Source of the DNA: Octopus sinensis
Lineage: Eukaryota
Reading direction: 5' to 3'
NCBI RefSeq assembly: GCF_006345805.1
Contig: NC_043022.1
Coordinates: forward strand, 7,192,001-7,256,000
DNA: 64,000 nucleotides
The position numbers were made by a program, and so were the translations under genes. Positions within the stretch are counted from its first letter, which is position 1; the number at the start of each line of letters is the position of its first letter. The notes under the pieces were generated by a model that saw nothing but the letters and a program-made list of their open reading frames with translations, was not told the DNA's origin and did not search any database. Below, piece after piece: positions 11,178 through 23,548 of this stretch.

Positions 11178-11277
11178 AATGAAAGAATGAAGGGGGAAGT
11201 GAACCATGACAGCAAATGAATTGAGGAAAACAAAGGATTATCACTAAATACTGCAAACATTCACTGCAATGGCTTTC

Positions 11278-12430
11278 ATCATCATCATCATCATCATCGT
11301 TTAACGTCCGTTCTCCATGCTAGCATGGGTTGGACGGTTCGACCGGGGATCTGGGAAGCCAGAAGGCTGCACCAGGCTCCAGTCTTATCTGGCAATGTTT
11401 CTACAGCTGGATGCCCTTCCTAACGCCAACCACTCCATGAGTGTAGTGGGTGCTTTTATGTGCGGCCGACACAGGTGCCAGATGAGGCTGGCAAACGGCC
11501 ACGCTCGGATGGTGTTTTTTATGTGCCACCGACACAGGTGCCAGACGAGGCTGGCGAACGGCCACGATCGGATGGTGTTTTTTATGTGCCACCGACACAG
11601 GTGCCAGACGAGGCTGGCAGATGGCCACGCTCGGATGGTGTTTTTTATGTCCCACCGACACAGGTGCCAGACGAGGCTGGCAAACGGCCACGCTCGGATG
11701 GTGTATTTTATGTGCCACCGACACAGGTGCCAGACGAGGCTGGCAGACGGCCACGCTCGGATGGTGTTTTTTATGTGCCACCGACACAGGTGCCAGACGA
11801 GGCTGGCAAACAGCCACGCTCGGATGGTGTTTTTTATGTGCCACCGACACAGGTGCCAGACGAGGCTGGCAGACGGCCACGCTCGGATGGTGTTTTTTAT
11901 GTGCCACCGACACAGGTGCCAGACGAGGCTGGCAAACGGCCACGCTCGGATGGTGTTTTTTATGTGCCACCGACACAGGTGCCAGACGAGGCTGGCAGAT
12001 GGCCACGCTCGGATAGTGTTTTTTATGTGCCACCGACACAGGTGCCAGACGAGGCTGGCGAACAGCCACGATCGGATGGTGTTTTTTATGTGCCACCGAC
12101 ACAGGTGCCAGACGAGGCTGGCAGACGGCCACGCTCGGATGGTGTTTTTTATGTGCCACCGACACAGGTGCCAGACGAGGCTGGCGAACGGCCACGATCG
12201 GATGGTGTTTTTTATGTGCCACCGACACAGGTGCCAGACGAGGCTGGCAGACGGCCACGCTCGGATGGTGTTTTTTATGTCCCACCGACACAGGTGCCAG
12301 ACGAGGCTGGCGAACGGCCACGATCGGATGGTGTTTGTTACGTGCCCACAGCACGGAAGCCAGTCGATGCGGTACTGGCTACGGCCACGTTCGGATGGTT
12401 TTCTTATGTGCCACCGGCACTGGTACCACA
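11278..12430 (-). mobile_element. Family B element with about 14 copies of the 63-bp unit (array about 11455-12345)
   Basis: (CAT)n tail, B module, then tandem TTTTATGTGCCACCGACACAGGTGCCAGACGAGGCTGGC...GGATGGTG. Confidence 0.95.
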
Positions 12431-13456
12431 AAGATACAAATTCCATTGATGTTCAATGGCTTTAGAAATAGAAAACAACATTTACAAGGGTAACATTTTT
12501 AAATCCTGGAATATTCATTCATTGAAGTGCCAATAAAAGTGTGTGTGTGTGTTTGTGAGTGTGAAAGGTTACTTTTTAAAAGAGGGTGAAAGGCAATTGA
12601 GTTAATTAAAGCCAGTAAATGATCAACGAAATCAAGTTAAAACCTGGAGAATTTGAACCTAAGCTTCATGACAGGACGTGATGGTTCTAAATTTCATATT
12701 GTGAAGCTTCATATACAATAACTTTCAAAAAGGTTTTATCACTATTTCTATTGACTTAATAATATATACAGAAGGCAAGAAAAGATGTGAGAGCAGTGAA
12801 ATGTGGTTTGAATAATGATGCAAAAGAGAGAGAACATCTCAAAACTGCACCAAGATAGGATGGTTAAAAATAAACAAAGTAATAATTTTGAACATCATAA
12901 TAATAATAATAATAATAATTGTTTGATAAGAATGATAAAAGAAAATAATCTTCAAATCGGCTTTAATTTCTGAGAAGTGCAGAGTCACAGGGTCAGCTGA
13001 CTGATGTAATTCTTGAATACATAGCAAAGATTTTGTGTGTGTGTCATTGTTTGTCCCCCACTACCACTTGACAGCTAATGTTCATGTGTTTACCTCCCAT
13101 GTAACTTAGTAGTTCAGCAAAAATGACCAATAGAATAAGTACCAGGTTTGACCAAAACAACAAGTACAGGGGTTGATTCTAATTCAATCAACTAAAATCT
13201 AAAATTGCTTCAAGGCAGTGCCCCAGCATGGCCACAGTCTAATGACTGAAACAAATAAAAAGACAAAACATAAAAAGGCTGCTTCTAAACAGCTCACAAC
13301 TTGTGTGATGGCCGGGGGGGGGGGCAGTGAAAGATAGGCAAATTAAGGTCAACTATATTAAACTGATAGAAAACAACACCACCACCACCACCACCACCAC
13401 CACCGTACAGCTGTTGATTTTGCTACTAAAGGTTCACCTGTCCTGCACTAGTATAT

Positions 13457-13678
13457 ATTTCTTTACTACCCACAAGGTGCTAAACACAGAGGGGACAAAC
13501 AAGGACAGACAAAGCGATTAAGTCGATTTCATCAATCCCAGTGCATAACTGGTACTTAATTTATCGACCCCCGAAAGGATGAAAGGCAAAGTCGACCTCG
13601 GCAGAATTTGAACTCAGAACCTAACGGCAGACGAAATACGGCTACACATTTCGCCCGGCGTGCTACTGTTTCTGCCAG
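13457..13678 (-). mobile_element. Family C SINE
   Basis: Reverse complement of the 5168-5402 element. Confidence 0.85.
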
Positions 13679-14112
13679 AGTATAACAAAACCCATCATTT
13701 TCAGAAAGACCAGCATCCAGCATCCTGAGACCAGAGTTTGTAATTTCTTGTCATTTTTTTTTTCTGTATTCTCTCCCTTAACTTCAGACAAAAAAACAAT
13801 CAGCTGGTGACAGGCATGGCTGTGTAATAAGAAGCTTGCTTCCTAACATGGTACTGAGTTCAGTCCCACTGTGTGGTACCATGGGAAAGTGTAGCCTCAG
13901 GCTGACCAAAGCCTTGTGAATGGATTTGGTAGATGAAAACTGAAAGAAGCCCATTGTATATAATAAAGGCCCGAAACATAGGTACCGCTGAATCCTTGGC
14001 ATCATGTTTTTATTTTGATCAATTTACTCCTCCACCTACAACCACCAAACGGTATATACAGGTGCTTACAATTATCAAGTACTCACCCCAAATTTCTATA
14101 TATATATATATA

Positions 14113-14277
14113 GGAGTGGCTGTGTCGTAAGTAGCTTGCCTATCAACCACATGGTTCCGGGTTCAGTCCCACTGCGTGGCATCTTGGGCAAGTGTCTTCT
14201 GCTATAGCCCCGGGCTGACCAATGCCTTGTGAGTGGATTTGGTAGACGGAAACTGAAAGAAGCCTGTTGTATATATG

Positions 14278-14308
<31 letters not shown>

Positions 14309-14336
14309 TTGTGTGTCTGTGTTTGTCCCCCTAGCA
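14113..14336 (+). mobile_element. Family A SINE 5' part
   Basis: GGAGTGGCTGTGTCGTAAG...GTCCCCCTAGCATT. Confidence 0.85.
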
Positions 14337-14349
14337 TTTGTATATATGT

Positions 14350-14591
14350 AAACACACGTAAACACACCAGCATCGGTTGTGAAGCAATGCCAGGGGGACA
14401 AACACAGACACACACACACACATATATACAACAGGCTTCTTTCAGTTTCCGTCTACCAAATCCACTCACAAGGCATTGGTCGGCTCAGGGCTATAGCAGA
14501 AGACACTTGCCCAAGATGCCACGCAGTGGGACTGAACCCGGAACCATGTGGTTAGTTAGCAAGCTACTTACCACACAGCCACTCCTGCGCC
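14350..14591 (-). mobile_element. Family A SINE 5' part, inverted relative to the preceding copy
   Basis: ...CAGCCACTCCTGCGCC terminus on the plus strand. Confidence 0.85.
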
Positions 14592-14789
14592 TATGTTTAT
14601 ATACATACAGAAAGGTAAACATACATACAAATATAATTACATAGAACATAAAAAAACCCAGAAAACTAAGAAGAGAATACACAATTTTTTTAATTGAATA
14701 TATTTTCTGAATGTCTCTATATACACACTTGTGACAAGTGTGACAAGTATGTGTGTGTGTATATATATATATATATAGAGAGAGAAACA

Positions 14790-14931
14790 GGTGTGTCTGT
14801 GTGGTAAGAAGCTTGCTTCCCAACCACATGGTTCCAGGTGCAGTCTATGTGGTACCTTGGGCAAGTGTCTTCTACTATAGCCTTGAGCCCACCAAAGCCT
14901 TGTGGTAGACAGTAACTGAAAGAAGTCCATC

Positions 14932-14965
<34 letters not shown>

Positions 14966-15490
14966 TTGTATCTGCATTTGTCCCCCCCACCATCACTTGA
15001 CAACTGATGTTTATGTCCCTGTAACTTAGTGGTTCAGCAAAACGAGACCGATAGAATAAATCCCAGGGTCGATTTGTTTGACTAAAAGCGGTGCTTCAGC
15101 ATGGCCACAGTCAAATGACTGAAACAAATAATAAAAGAATAATATACATATATATATATATAGGTGCAGGACAGGCTGTGTGGTAAGTAGCTTGTTTACC
15201 AACCACATGGTTCCGGGTTCAGTCCCACTGTGTGGCACCTTGGGCATGTGTCTTCTACTATAGCCTCAGGCCAAAGCCTTGTGAGTGGATTTGGTAGACG
15301 GAAACTGAAAGAAGCCCGTCGTATATATATGTATGTGCGTGTATGTTTGTGTGTCTGTGTTTGTCCCCCTAGCATTGCTTGACAAGTGCTGGGCTTACAA
15401 AAGAATAAGTCCCAGGGTTGAGTTGCTCGATTAAAGGCGGTGCTCCAGCATGGCCGAAGTCAAAATGACTGAAACAAGTAAAAGAGAGAA
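14790..15490 (+). mobile_element. Two consecutive family A SINE copies (about 14790-15135 and 15162-15490)
   Basis: Two heads and two GACTGAAACAA tails. Confidence 0.8.
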
Positions 15491-16270
15491 AGAAAGAGAT
15501 AGGAAAGGATGAGAGATCAAAATAAAAAAAAAGCCACACAAAAAAATATAGACAGTATATGAGAAAGAGAGAGAGAAAGAGAGGGGAATTGTGTGGCAAG
15601 GTCAGTCTAGTAGAAAGTGTGATGAAGTGAAGGAGAGAAAATGATGGAGAGGGGGGGAAAAGAGGGAGGGAGTGAGGTATATGAATAGAGAGAGATAGTA
15701 GAGGTAGTGAGTGAATAATGGAGGGAGAGAGAGAGAGAGGGGAGCAGCAATAGCCATTAATATATGTGATAGAAAGAGGGGGGTTGGGCGACCGCCCCCC
15801 CCCCCCAACCAATGCCAGGAGACTGACCTCCTATGACCTACAAATGAACCAGCAGCAGCAACAGTAGCAGCAGCAGCAGCAGCATTAGTACAATGACCTA
15901 AATAATGAGAAAAGGAAGAGACAAAGAGGGAGAGACAGCAGCAGCATCACACAATTGGTAGAGTTGACATCTCAGCATGGCTGTAACATGTGGCAGCAAG
16001 TCTGTAAACGGTTGCTCAAACTGCTAGAAATAGCAGCAACTTTTCTTTCCAAATAAATCTGTTTTGCTCAAACTGCTAGAAATAGCAGCAACTTTTCTTT
16101 CCAAATAAATCTGTTTTAACAGGGCAGGAGAGAGAAAACAATCCAAGTACTTCTAGATACATAAATGAATTTTGATAGGTGGACTTTTATCTGTTCGATT
16201 AGGGCTGGCCAGGGGTGGGGGCGCTAAACAACAATATAGCGTCAGTACTCTACATATTACTTAGACTAGT

Positions 16271-16660
16271 GGAGGCGCAATGGCCCAGTGGTTAGGGCAG
16301 CGGACTCGTGGTCATAGGATCGCGGTTTCGATTCCCAGACCGGGCGTTGTGAGTGTTTATTGAGCGAAAACATCTAAAGCTCCACGATACGCCGGCAGGG
16401 GGTTGTGGAAACTCCTGTTGTACTCTTTCACCCCAACTTTTTCTCACCCTTTCTTTCTGTTTCTGTTGTACCTGTATTTCAAGGGGCCGGCCTTGTCACA
16501 CTCTGTGTCACGCTGAATATCCCCGAGAACTACGTTAAGGGTACACGACGTGTCTGTGGAGTGCTCAGCCACTTACACGTTAATTTCACGAGCAGGCTGT
16601 TCCGTTGATTCGGATCAACCGGAACCCTCGTCGTCGTAACCGACGGAGTGCTTCCATTCC
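16271..16660 (+). mobile_element. Family D SINE with tRNA-Arg-like head, full length
   Basis: GGCGCAATGGCCCAGTGGTTAGGGC (A box) and GGTTTCGATTCCC (B box); 12-bp TSD ACTTAGACTAGT at 16259-16270 and 16661-16672. Confidence 0.85.
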
Positions 16661-17068
16661 ACTTAGACTAGTTAATATCACACTTTGTTCATGCATGAGT
16701 ATGTGTGCATGTGTGTGTTTAACCCAGGGATAAGTCAACAGCAATATGCAAATGCTGGCAGGATGGATCCTGCGATGATTCAGTACAAGAGTAGGACACC
16801 ATACTACTTTTGTGGAGAACATTTCATCATCAACCGCCTGGACTACTACTACTACTGCTAGGATCACTAGATTAGGGCATTTGGCTCATGAGGATTGGAT
16901 GATTAGACAGGAGCTACCAAGGCCAAAAGCTACACCAAGTCCCACAGTCTCTTTTGGCCTGGTTTCTACACCTGAATGCCCTTCCTAACGCCAACCACTT
17001 TACTATAAAGTGTACTAGGTGCCTTTTACATGGTGAGCAAGGTTCAAGCTATTCACTCCCTAAGTGTT

Positions 17069-17296
17069 TTAAACCTTTCGTTACTGTATTTATTTTGAGA
17101 TGCTCTGGGTTTCTTTCAATTACTTTAGATATAATAAAGAATTTAGTAAAATAACTTAGTTATCATTAAGCGAGTGTTACAAACATAAATTGTGACTAAG
17201 GTTTGATGGAAGATTTTAAGTCAAAACTTATGAAAATAAGATATTTGAACTCAGAGCCAGAGCCGGTTTTGGCCGGGTTGGTAACAAAAGGGTTAA
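17069..17296. mobile_element. piggyBac-like MITE type 1
   Basis: TTAAACCTTTCGTTAC...GTAACAAAAGGGTTAA. Confidence 0.78.
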
Positions 17297-17517
17297 ACCA
17301 TTGATGGAAATGAGAATGAGTGACATTAAATGGGGAGACAGTTTTGACTTCTCCCTCAAATTGAAGCTTTGTTCCTGTTTCCAGTTTTGTCTTGGTTGTG
17401 ACGACACGAAATTTTTCTTAAGATGGATTTGTGCAATTGAACACATTTGATCTTTTTATCAATAATAAATCTCTGAACGAGATATAAACAGTAACCGCTC
17501 GACAACGTAAGGTGTAC

Positions 17518-17760
17518 TAGCCATCTGAATGTGGCTAGCCACTAGGGGTGGGGTGTTATTGATGCTTTTAGCCCCAGGCGATCAACGTCACCAGATGGAC
17601 TTTAGACACTATCTCAGTGCCCTTGTGTTATTTGCAAAGGGAGGTCATCCTCCCTCGAAGACCTAGGTACTACATACGGACTATAGTTTCAAGGTAATTG
17701 CCTCTCGTCAACGCATGGTAAGCACCAGTCTTCGATGAAGGAGTCCCCTTGCAAATAATC
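17518..17760. repeat. Unclassified dispersed repeat homologous to the arms of the 1128-1405 palindrome
   Basis: AGCCATCTGAATGTGGCTAG...TTAGCCCCAGGCGATCAACGTCACCAG...TGCAAAGGGAG shared. Confidence 0.75.
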
Positions 17761-19078
17761 TTTTTATCATTTGTAATAAATAACAAAAAAAAAGAATTTT
17801 AAAAAAAACAGCTTCACTTCAGACAAGGTAAACACTTTTACTTCCACGGAGCTCTGGGAATGGAAAAGAACCAAAAACTCCAATTGTGGAGTGAAAAAGA
17901 CAAAAGTAAGTAGATATTATTGCTGAATGGAATTGATATTGATCGTTTGTAGAGGAGAAAACACAGTAAGGCTTTTTTTTTTCTCTTTTATAAAGAAAGT
18001 GGCTGTGTGGTAAGTAGCTTGCTAACCAGCCACATGGTTCCGGGTTCAACTAACTTAATGCTAGCCATATTTTATAACGGGTAGCATTTTTATTTTTTTA
18101 AAACTTTCTGTGACCGTGTGGGGGCTGTAGATCAATACCTAGGATCATTAATAATCATGGTCTTTGACAGGACAAAGGAAATACCACTGTCCTGAACAAC
18201 ATATATATAGATAGATAGATAGATTAATCAGCCAAAATTGCGAGGATGATCCGGTTCTTGACTGAAGATTGAAGGCTTCGAATGTCCCGTCCGTGTTTTT
18301 GTATCGTCTTCAAAATGTTTTGCGTTCTTGTCCCAGTTTGTATTTTTTATACATATATATTATATATATATATATATATATAGGTAATGATACGGGTATT
18401 CATTGTTTGCCATTTATAAGATGAACGAAGAACAGTGGTCGAAGTTGTAAAGAAATATTTATTTACCATTACTTAATATGCCATACCACAATGGGTAGGT
18501 TAGCTCAATAATGTAATTGAAAAAGGCATGCAAGGTTAAGAGAGTTAATTTCGGCCCGTATGTGTGTACACACGTTCTCATAGTAGTAATCCACAGATAG
18601 AGATAAAATGATGTAAAAAGGAAAGAAACTGAGTTAGTGAAAGTTACAGAGTTGAGGGAAGTTGTGTCTCATAGTTGGCTGATTGTAACCTTCTTTCTCC
18701 CTCTGGCCGTTTGGTCTCAAGCGGCAGCCTGCTTGTGGCCATGATTCTAGTTGATCTCTGTTCACTAACTGATTTTGCCTTACCAAATTCTAGTATTTAT
18801 AACTATCCAAAACCAGCTAGAAGGATAGACATATTGTTGAGAACAATAGATTTCATTGGTAGTACCTGTTATCTCAATTCTAATTTTTGGTGGCCTGGAA
18901 GAGGTCAGAAGGGTCAAGTGGCAAAGACATTATTTTGCTTAGCAAAGACATCTCACGAATGTAACTGCTGTCACTCAAAGAAAAACTATTGTTTCACTTT
19001 GAGAAAAGTGCTGTTGAACTGTTTAAGTGAAATTTGGCGATTGAGGATCGAATCCACTCCATACCTGCATGAAGTCAC

Positions 19079-19081
<3 letters not shown>

Positions 19082-19161
<80 letters not shown>

Positions 19162-19247
19162 ATAGATAGATAGATAGATATATGGATACATAGGTAGGCA
19201 GACAGAGAAAGAGACAGACAGACAGACAGACAGGCAGGCAGGCAGGC

Positions 19248-19337
<90 letters not shown>

Positions 19338-19340
19338 ATG
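19082..19340. repeat. Compound microsatellite (TA)n(GA)n(GATA)n(GACA)n
   Basis: Direct inspection. Confidence 0.95.
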
Positions 19341-19565
19341 TTAGCATTTGTTTTTCAATTATAATAAAAACAGTTCTGATGGCTTACTCTATACTTTTGT
19401 AGAGCACAAACTAATTATCTTTAAATAAGAATATTATTGTCAGTGACCTTGGAGTTTTGGTCAGTTAACCCATTGCCAGACGCCAATATTCACATATGTG
19501 TATTTTTATCAAATTGCAGTTGTGCATGCATATATGCATGAGAAGGTATTTCTGAGTTGGTTCCA

Positions 19566-19980
19566 GAAGTGGCTGTGTGGTAAGTAGCTTGCTAACCAAC
19601 CACATGGTTCCGGGTTCAGTCCCACTGCGTGGCATCTTGGGCAAGTGTCTTCTGCTATAGCCTCGGGCCGACCAAAGCCTTGTGAGTGGATTTGGTAGAC
19701 GGAAACTGAAAGAAGCCTGTCGTATATATGTATATATATATATATATGTATGTGTGTGTATATGTTTGTGTGTCTGTGTTTGTCCCCCCTAGCATTGCTT
19801 GACAACCGATGCTGGTGTGCTTACGTCCCCGTCACTTAGCGGTTTGGCAAAAGAGACCGATAGAATAAGTACTGGGCTTACAAGGAATGAGTCCCGGGGT
19901 CGATTTGCTCGACTAAAGGCGGTGCTCCAGCATGGCCGCAGTCAAATGACTTAAACAAGTAAAAGAGTAAAGAGTAGAGT
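19566..19980 (+). mobile_element. Family A SINE, full length
   Basis: Head, internal microsatellite and GAGTA tail all present. Confidence 0.9.
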
Positions 19981-20034
19981 ATCAAGCCTCTCCCTTATTC
20001 CCCTCCACTCACACTAGTAACAGGCAATGTATGT

Positions 20035-20072
<38 letters not shown>

Positions 20073-20224
20073 AGATTATTGTAAGTATATGCATGCATGT
20101 GTGATTAGCTGTCAAGTAGATGTGATGATCTGCATGTCAGAGCAGACATACAGGTGTAATAACAACCAGGTAAATTTGTAAACACATTACCATTATCCTA
20201 TGTAATGGTGAACAGTTGTTGGTG

Positions 20225-20765
20225 CATCATCATCATCATCATCGTTTAACGTCCGTTCTCCATGCTAGCATGGGTTGGACGGTTCAACTGGGCTTCTGGG
20301 AAGCCAGGGGCTGCACCAGGCCCAGTCTGATCTGGCAGTGTTTCTACAGCTGGATGCCCTTCCTAACGCCAACCACTCCGTGAGTGTAGTGGGTGCTTTT
20401 TACGTGCCACCTGCACAGGTGCCAGGCGAGGCTGGCAACGGCCACGGTCAGATTGGTGTATTTTATGTGCCACCGGCACGGAAGCCAGTCGAGGCGGTGC
20501 TGGCATCGGCCATGAGTCGGATAGTGCTTTTTATTACGTACCACCAAGACCAGGGATCCTGGCTGGTTCAATTCGATTTCGATTTCGCTTGCCCCAACAT
20601 GTCTTCACAAGCAAAGGGGGTTGGCATGGGTGCCTGTCATACGGTCGCATTGGAGTATTTTACGTGCCACGGCCACGAGTCGGATAGTGCTTTTTACGTA
20701 CCACCAGACCAGGGATCCTGGCTGGTTCAATTCGATTTCGATTTCGCTTGCCCCAACATGTCTTC
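20225..20765 (-). mobile_element. Family B element with diverged units and an internal duplication of about 65 bp
   Basis: B module, then CCACCA(A)GACCAGGGATCCTGGCTGGTTCAATTCGATTTCG twice (20541 and 20701). Confidence 0.8.
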
Positions 20766-21342
20766 GTGGAATGAATTTAAGAATTGGCTGAGTCCATGGT
20801 GAGGATTGCCTGGTGGCATCATTCCTCTGGATGAGAAATGCAGGCAGGTCTTTCTGGAGTGTACAGTAGACAGAAAAGAAAGAACTATGGACAGTTTACT
20901 TTCTTGGTCAAGCCTATGTCAACCTGAAAGTGAGGGTGTAGAGCAAAGTGCTGACTGCCCATGGTTCATGAGGGTGGTGGGAATGGGGTTACTCTTATCT
21001 TGTGCCTGCAAGCTGTAGAACACAGCTAGGGGAGGAGGGCACTTGATTTACCCAATGACATACCCTTTTTTTTTTATTCCCATTTGTATTTTTTAAAATA
21101 CATTTCCATAACCAATTCTGCATAATTCTGTCACTAACTTACCAATTTGTAATTAGCCCTTGTAATGTCCCCTCAGCTAGTGCCCCTGAGGCAAATAATG
21201 AATTGTTATTCTCAGTAAATATGATATCTTGTAAGGGTAATGCAAGGCCCTAACCAGACTTGGTGTCTATCTAGGACTCCACTTTCCAGTATATCATCCA
21301 TTATTTAAGGGGGTAGAGCATAACTTTAGAGAATATATTTAC

Positions 21343-21498
21343 GTGGCTGTGTGGTAAGTAGCTTGCTAACCAACCACATGGTTCCGGGTTCAGTCCCACT
21401 GCGTGGCATCTTGGGCAAGTGTCTTCTGCTATAGCCCCGGGCCGACCAATGCCTTGTGAGTGGATTTGGTAGACGGAAACTGAAAGAAGCCTGTCGTA

Positions 21499-21545
<47 letters not shown>

Positions 21546-21893
21546 TTGTGTGTCTGTGTTTGTCCCCCTAGCATTGCTTGACAACTGATGCTGGTGTGTT
21601 TACGTCCCCGTCACTTAGCGGTTCGGCAAAAGAGACCGATAGAATAAGTACTGGGCTTACAAAGAATAAGTCCCGGGGTCGATTTGCTCGACTAAAGGCG
21701 GTGCTCCAGCATGGCCGCAGTCAAATGACTGAAACAAGTAAAAGGCGTTGCTCCAGCATGGCCGCAGTCAAATGACTGAAACAAGTAAAAGGCGTTGCTC
21801 CAGCATGGCCGCAGTCAAATGACTGAAACAAGTAAAAGGCGTTGCTCCAGCATGGCCGCAGTCAAATGACTGAAAACGAGTAAAAGAGTAAAC
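21343..21893 (+). mobile_element. Family A SINE with its 47-bp terminal segment repeated four times
   Basis: AAAGGCG(G/T)TGCTCCAGCATGGCCGCAGTCAAATGACTGAAACAAGT at 21694, 21741, 21788 and 21835. Confidence 0.9.
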
Positions 21894-22439
21894 AAGAATA
21901 AAATGGACATCTCAGGGTGTGCTACATGTGTTTTCAAAGCATGTTTATTCAAAACACAAATACAATTATGTCACTGAATGGTTAACAGTATGTGAAATTT
22001 GTAATGTTAGTCATTACATTACACAATTGTACTCAGAAGGCGTGGTTGTGTGATAAAAAGTTTGCTTCCCAACTACATAGTTTCAGGTTCAGTCCCAGTG
22101 CGTGGTACTTTGGGCAAGTGTCTCTTGTACAGCAGCCCCAGGCAAACCATAGCCTTGTGAGTGGATCTAGCAGACAGAAACTAAAAGGAGCCTGTCATAT
22201 ATATGTATGAGAATGTGCATTTCTGTATTTGTCCACCATTGCCGCTTGATAACTGGTATTGGTTTGTTTACATCCTGTAACCTACCGGTTCAGCAGAAGA
22301 GACCAACAGAATAAGTGCCAGGCTTAACAAAAAATAAGTACTGGGTTTGATTCCTTCAACTAAAACCCTTCAAGTGCCCCAGCACGGCTGCAGTCTGAAA
22401 GACTGAAACAACTAAAAAGTAAAAAATATGTGTGTGTGT

Positions 22440-22745
22440 GTGTGGCCAATGCTAGTGTCACGTAACTTTTGTGCGTTGGGCAAGGTGGCTGATGCAGATG
22501 GCACGAGAAAAGCCCCTTTCAAGTGTCGGGCCTCAAGGAGGCAATGACTGAGACCTTTGGCATTATGTCGTGCTTGAGAAGAAGGGCCATGAAGCCAAGT
22601 AAAATCACAGCTGTGGCAGATACTGGTGTAGAAACAATACCAAATCAGTCTGAGAGTCTGGTACAGTCTTCCAGCCTGCCAGCTTTGGTCAAACCGTCCA
22701 ACCCATGCCAGCATGGACAACAGACATTAAATGATGATGATGATT
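22440..22745 (+). mobile_element. RTE 3' end / family B remnant
   Basis: GGAGGCAATGACTGAGACCTTTGGCATTATGTCGTGCTTGAGAAG...CCATGCCAGCATGG...TAAATGATGATG. Confidence 0.7.
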
Positions 22746-23145
22746 ATATATATATATATATCTATATCTAGAGTGAGAGAGACGATATGAATGACCCCTA
22801 CTTTAATAATAGGTCAACATATTCTGTACAAAACAGCAGCACGACGTGTAAACACACAGAGCAGAACAAAGCTCAAATTCTTAGTCCAAAGGACAGTGAT
22901 AAACTAAGCTGTATTTAAATGTGTATATGATGATATCTCATCAGATGTCCAGAGATAGAGTGGAGAAAATTCAAAAGAAATTGAAAATGGTCAGTTGAGG
23001 TTCAAGGTTGTTTTAGTGATCTTAACAACATCAGTTCTTCCATTGCCTGACATTGGCAGAGGAGGAGACAGCATGCTGGTGTCACTTAGACAGTCCCAAA
23101 ACTTTAACCCTTTAGCATTCGCATTATTCTGTCAAAACTAATGCT

Positions 23146-23548
23146 CTTTCTCTTTTACTCTTTTACTTGTTTCAGTCATTTGACTGCGGCCATGCTGGAG
23201 CACCGCCTTTAATCGAGCAACTCGACCCCGGGACTTATTCTTTTTGTAAGCCCCCCAGTACTTATTCTATCGGTCTCTTTTGCCGAACCGCTAAGTAACG
23301 GGGACATAAACAGACCAGCATCGGTTGTCAAGCAATGCTAGGGGGACAAACACACATACACATATATATATATATATACATATATACGACAGGCTTCTTT
23401 CAGTTTCCGTCTACCAAATCCACTCACAAGGCATTGGTCGGCCCGGGGCTATAGCAGAAGACACTTGCCCAAGATGCCACGCAGTGGGACTGAACCCGGA
23501 ACCATGTGGTTGGTAAACAAGCTACTTACCACACAGCCACTCCTGCGC
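23146..23548 (-). mobile_element. Family A SINE inserted in a type 2 MITE remnant
   Basis: 8-bp TSD CTAATGCT at 23138-23145 and 23549-23556. Confidence 0.88.

Noticed and set aside
11317-12465. Four to five overlapping ORFs of over 300 aa
   Set aside because: Same minisatellite artefact; open on both strands at once.
16010-16118. 53-bp direct duplication
   Set aside because: Simple local slippage inside an old repeat; no further structure.
16271-16345. Functional tRNA gene
   Set aside because: The tRNA-like head continues into a SINE body with tail and TSD, and there is no proper acceptor stem; the same applies to family A and C heads.
17823-17905. Plus-strand exon candidate ending AAA|GTAAGT
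   Set aside because: Poor polypyrimidine tract, two frames equally open and no homology recognised.
18675-19118. 147-aa plus-strand ORF in unique sequence
   Set aside because: Starts at a non-ATG codon, ends in (TA)n, has no recognisable motif and no supporting splice signals.
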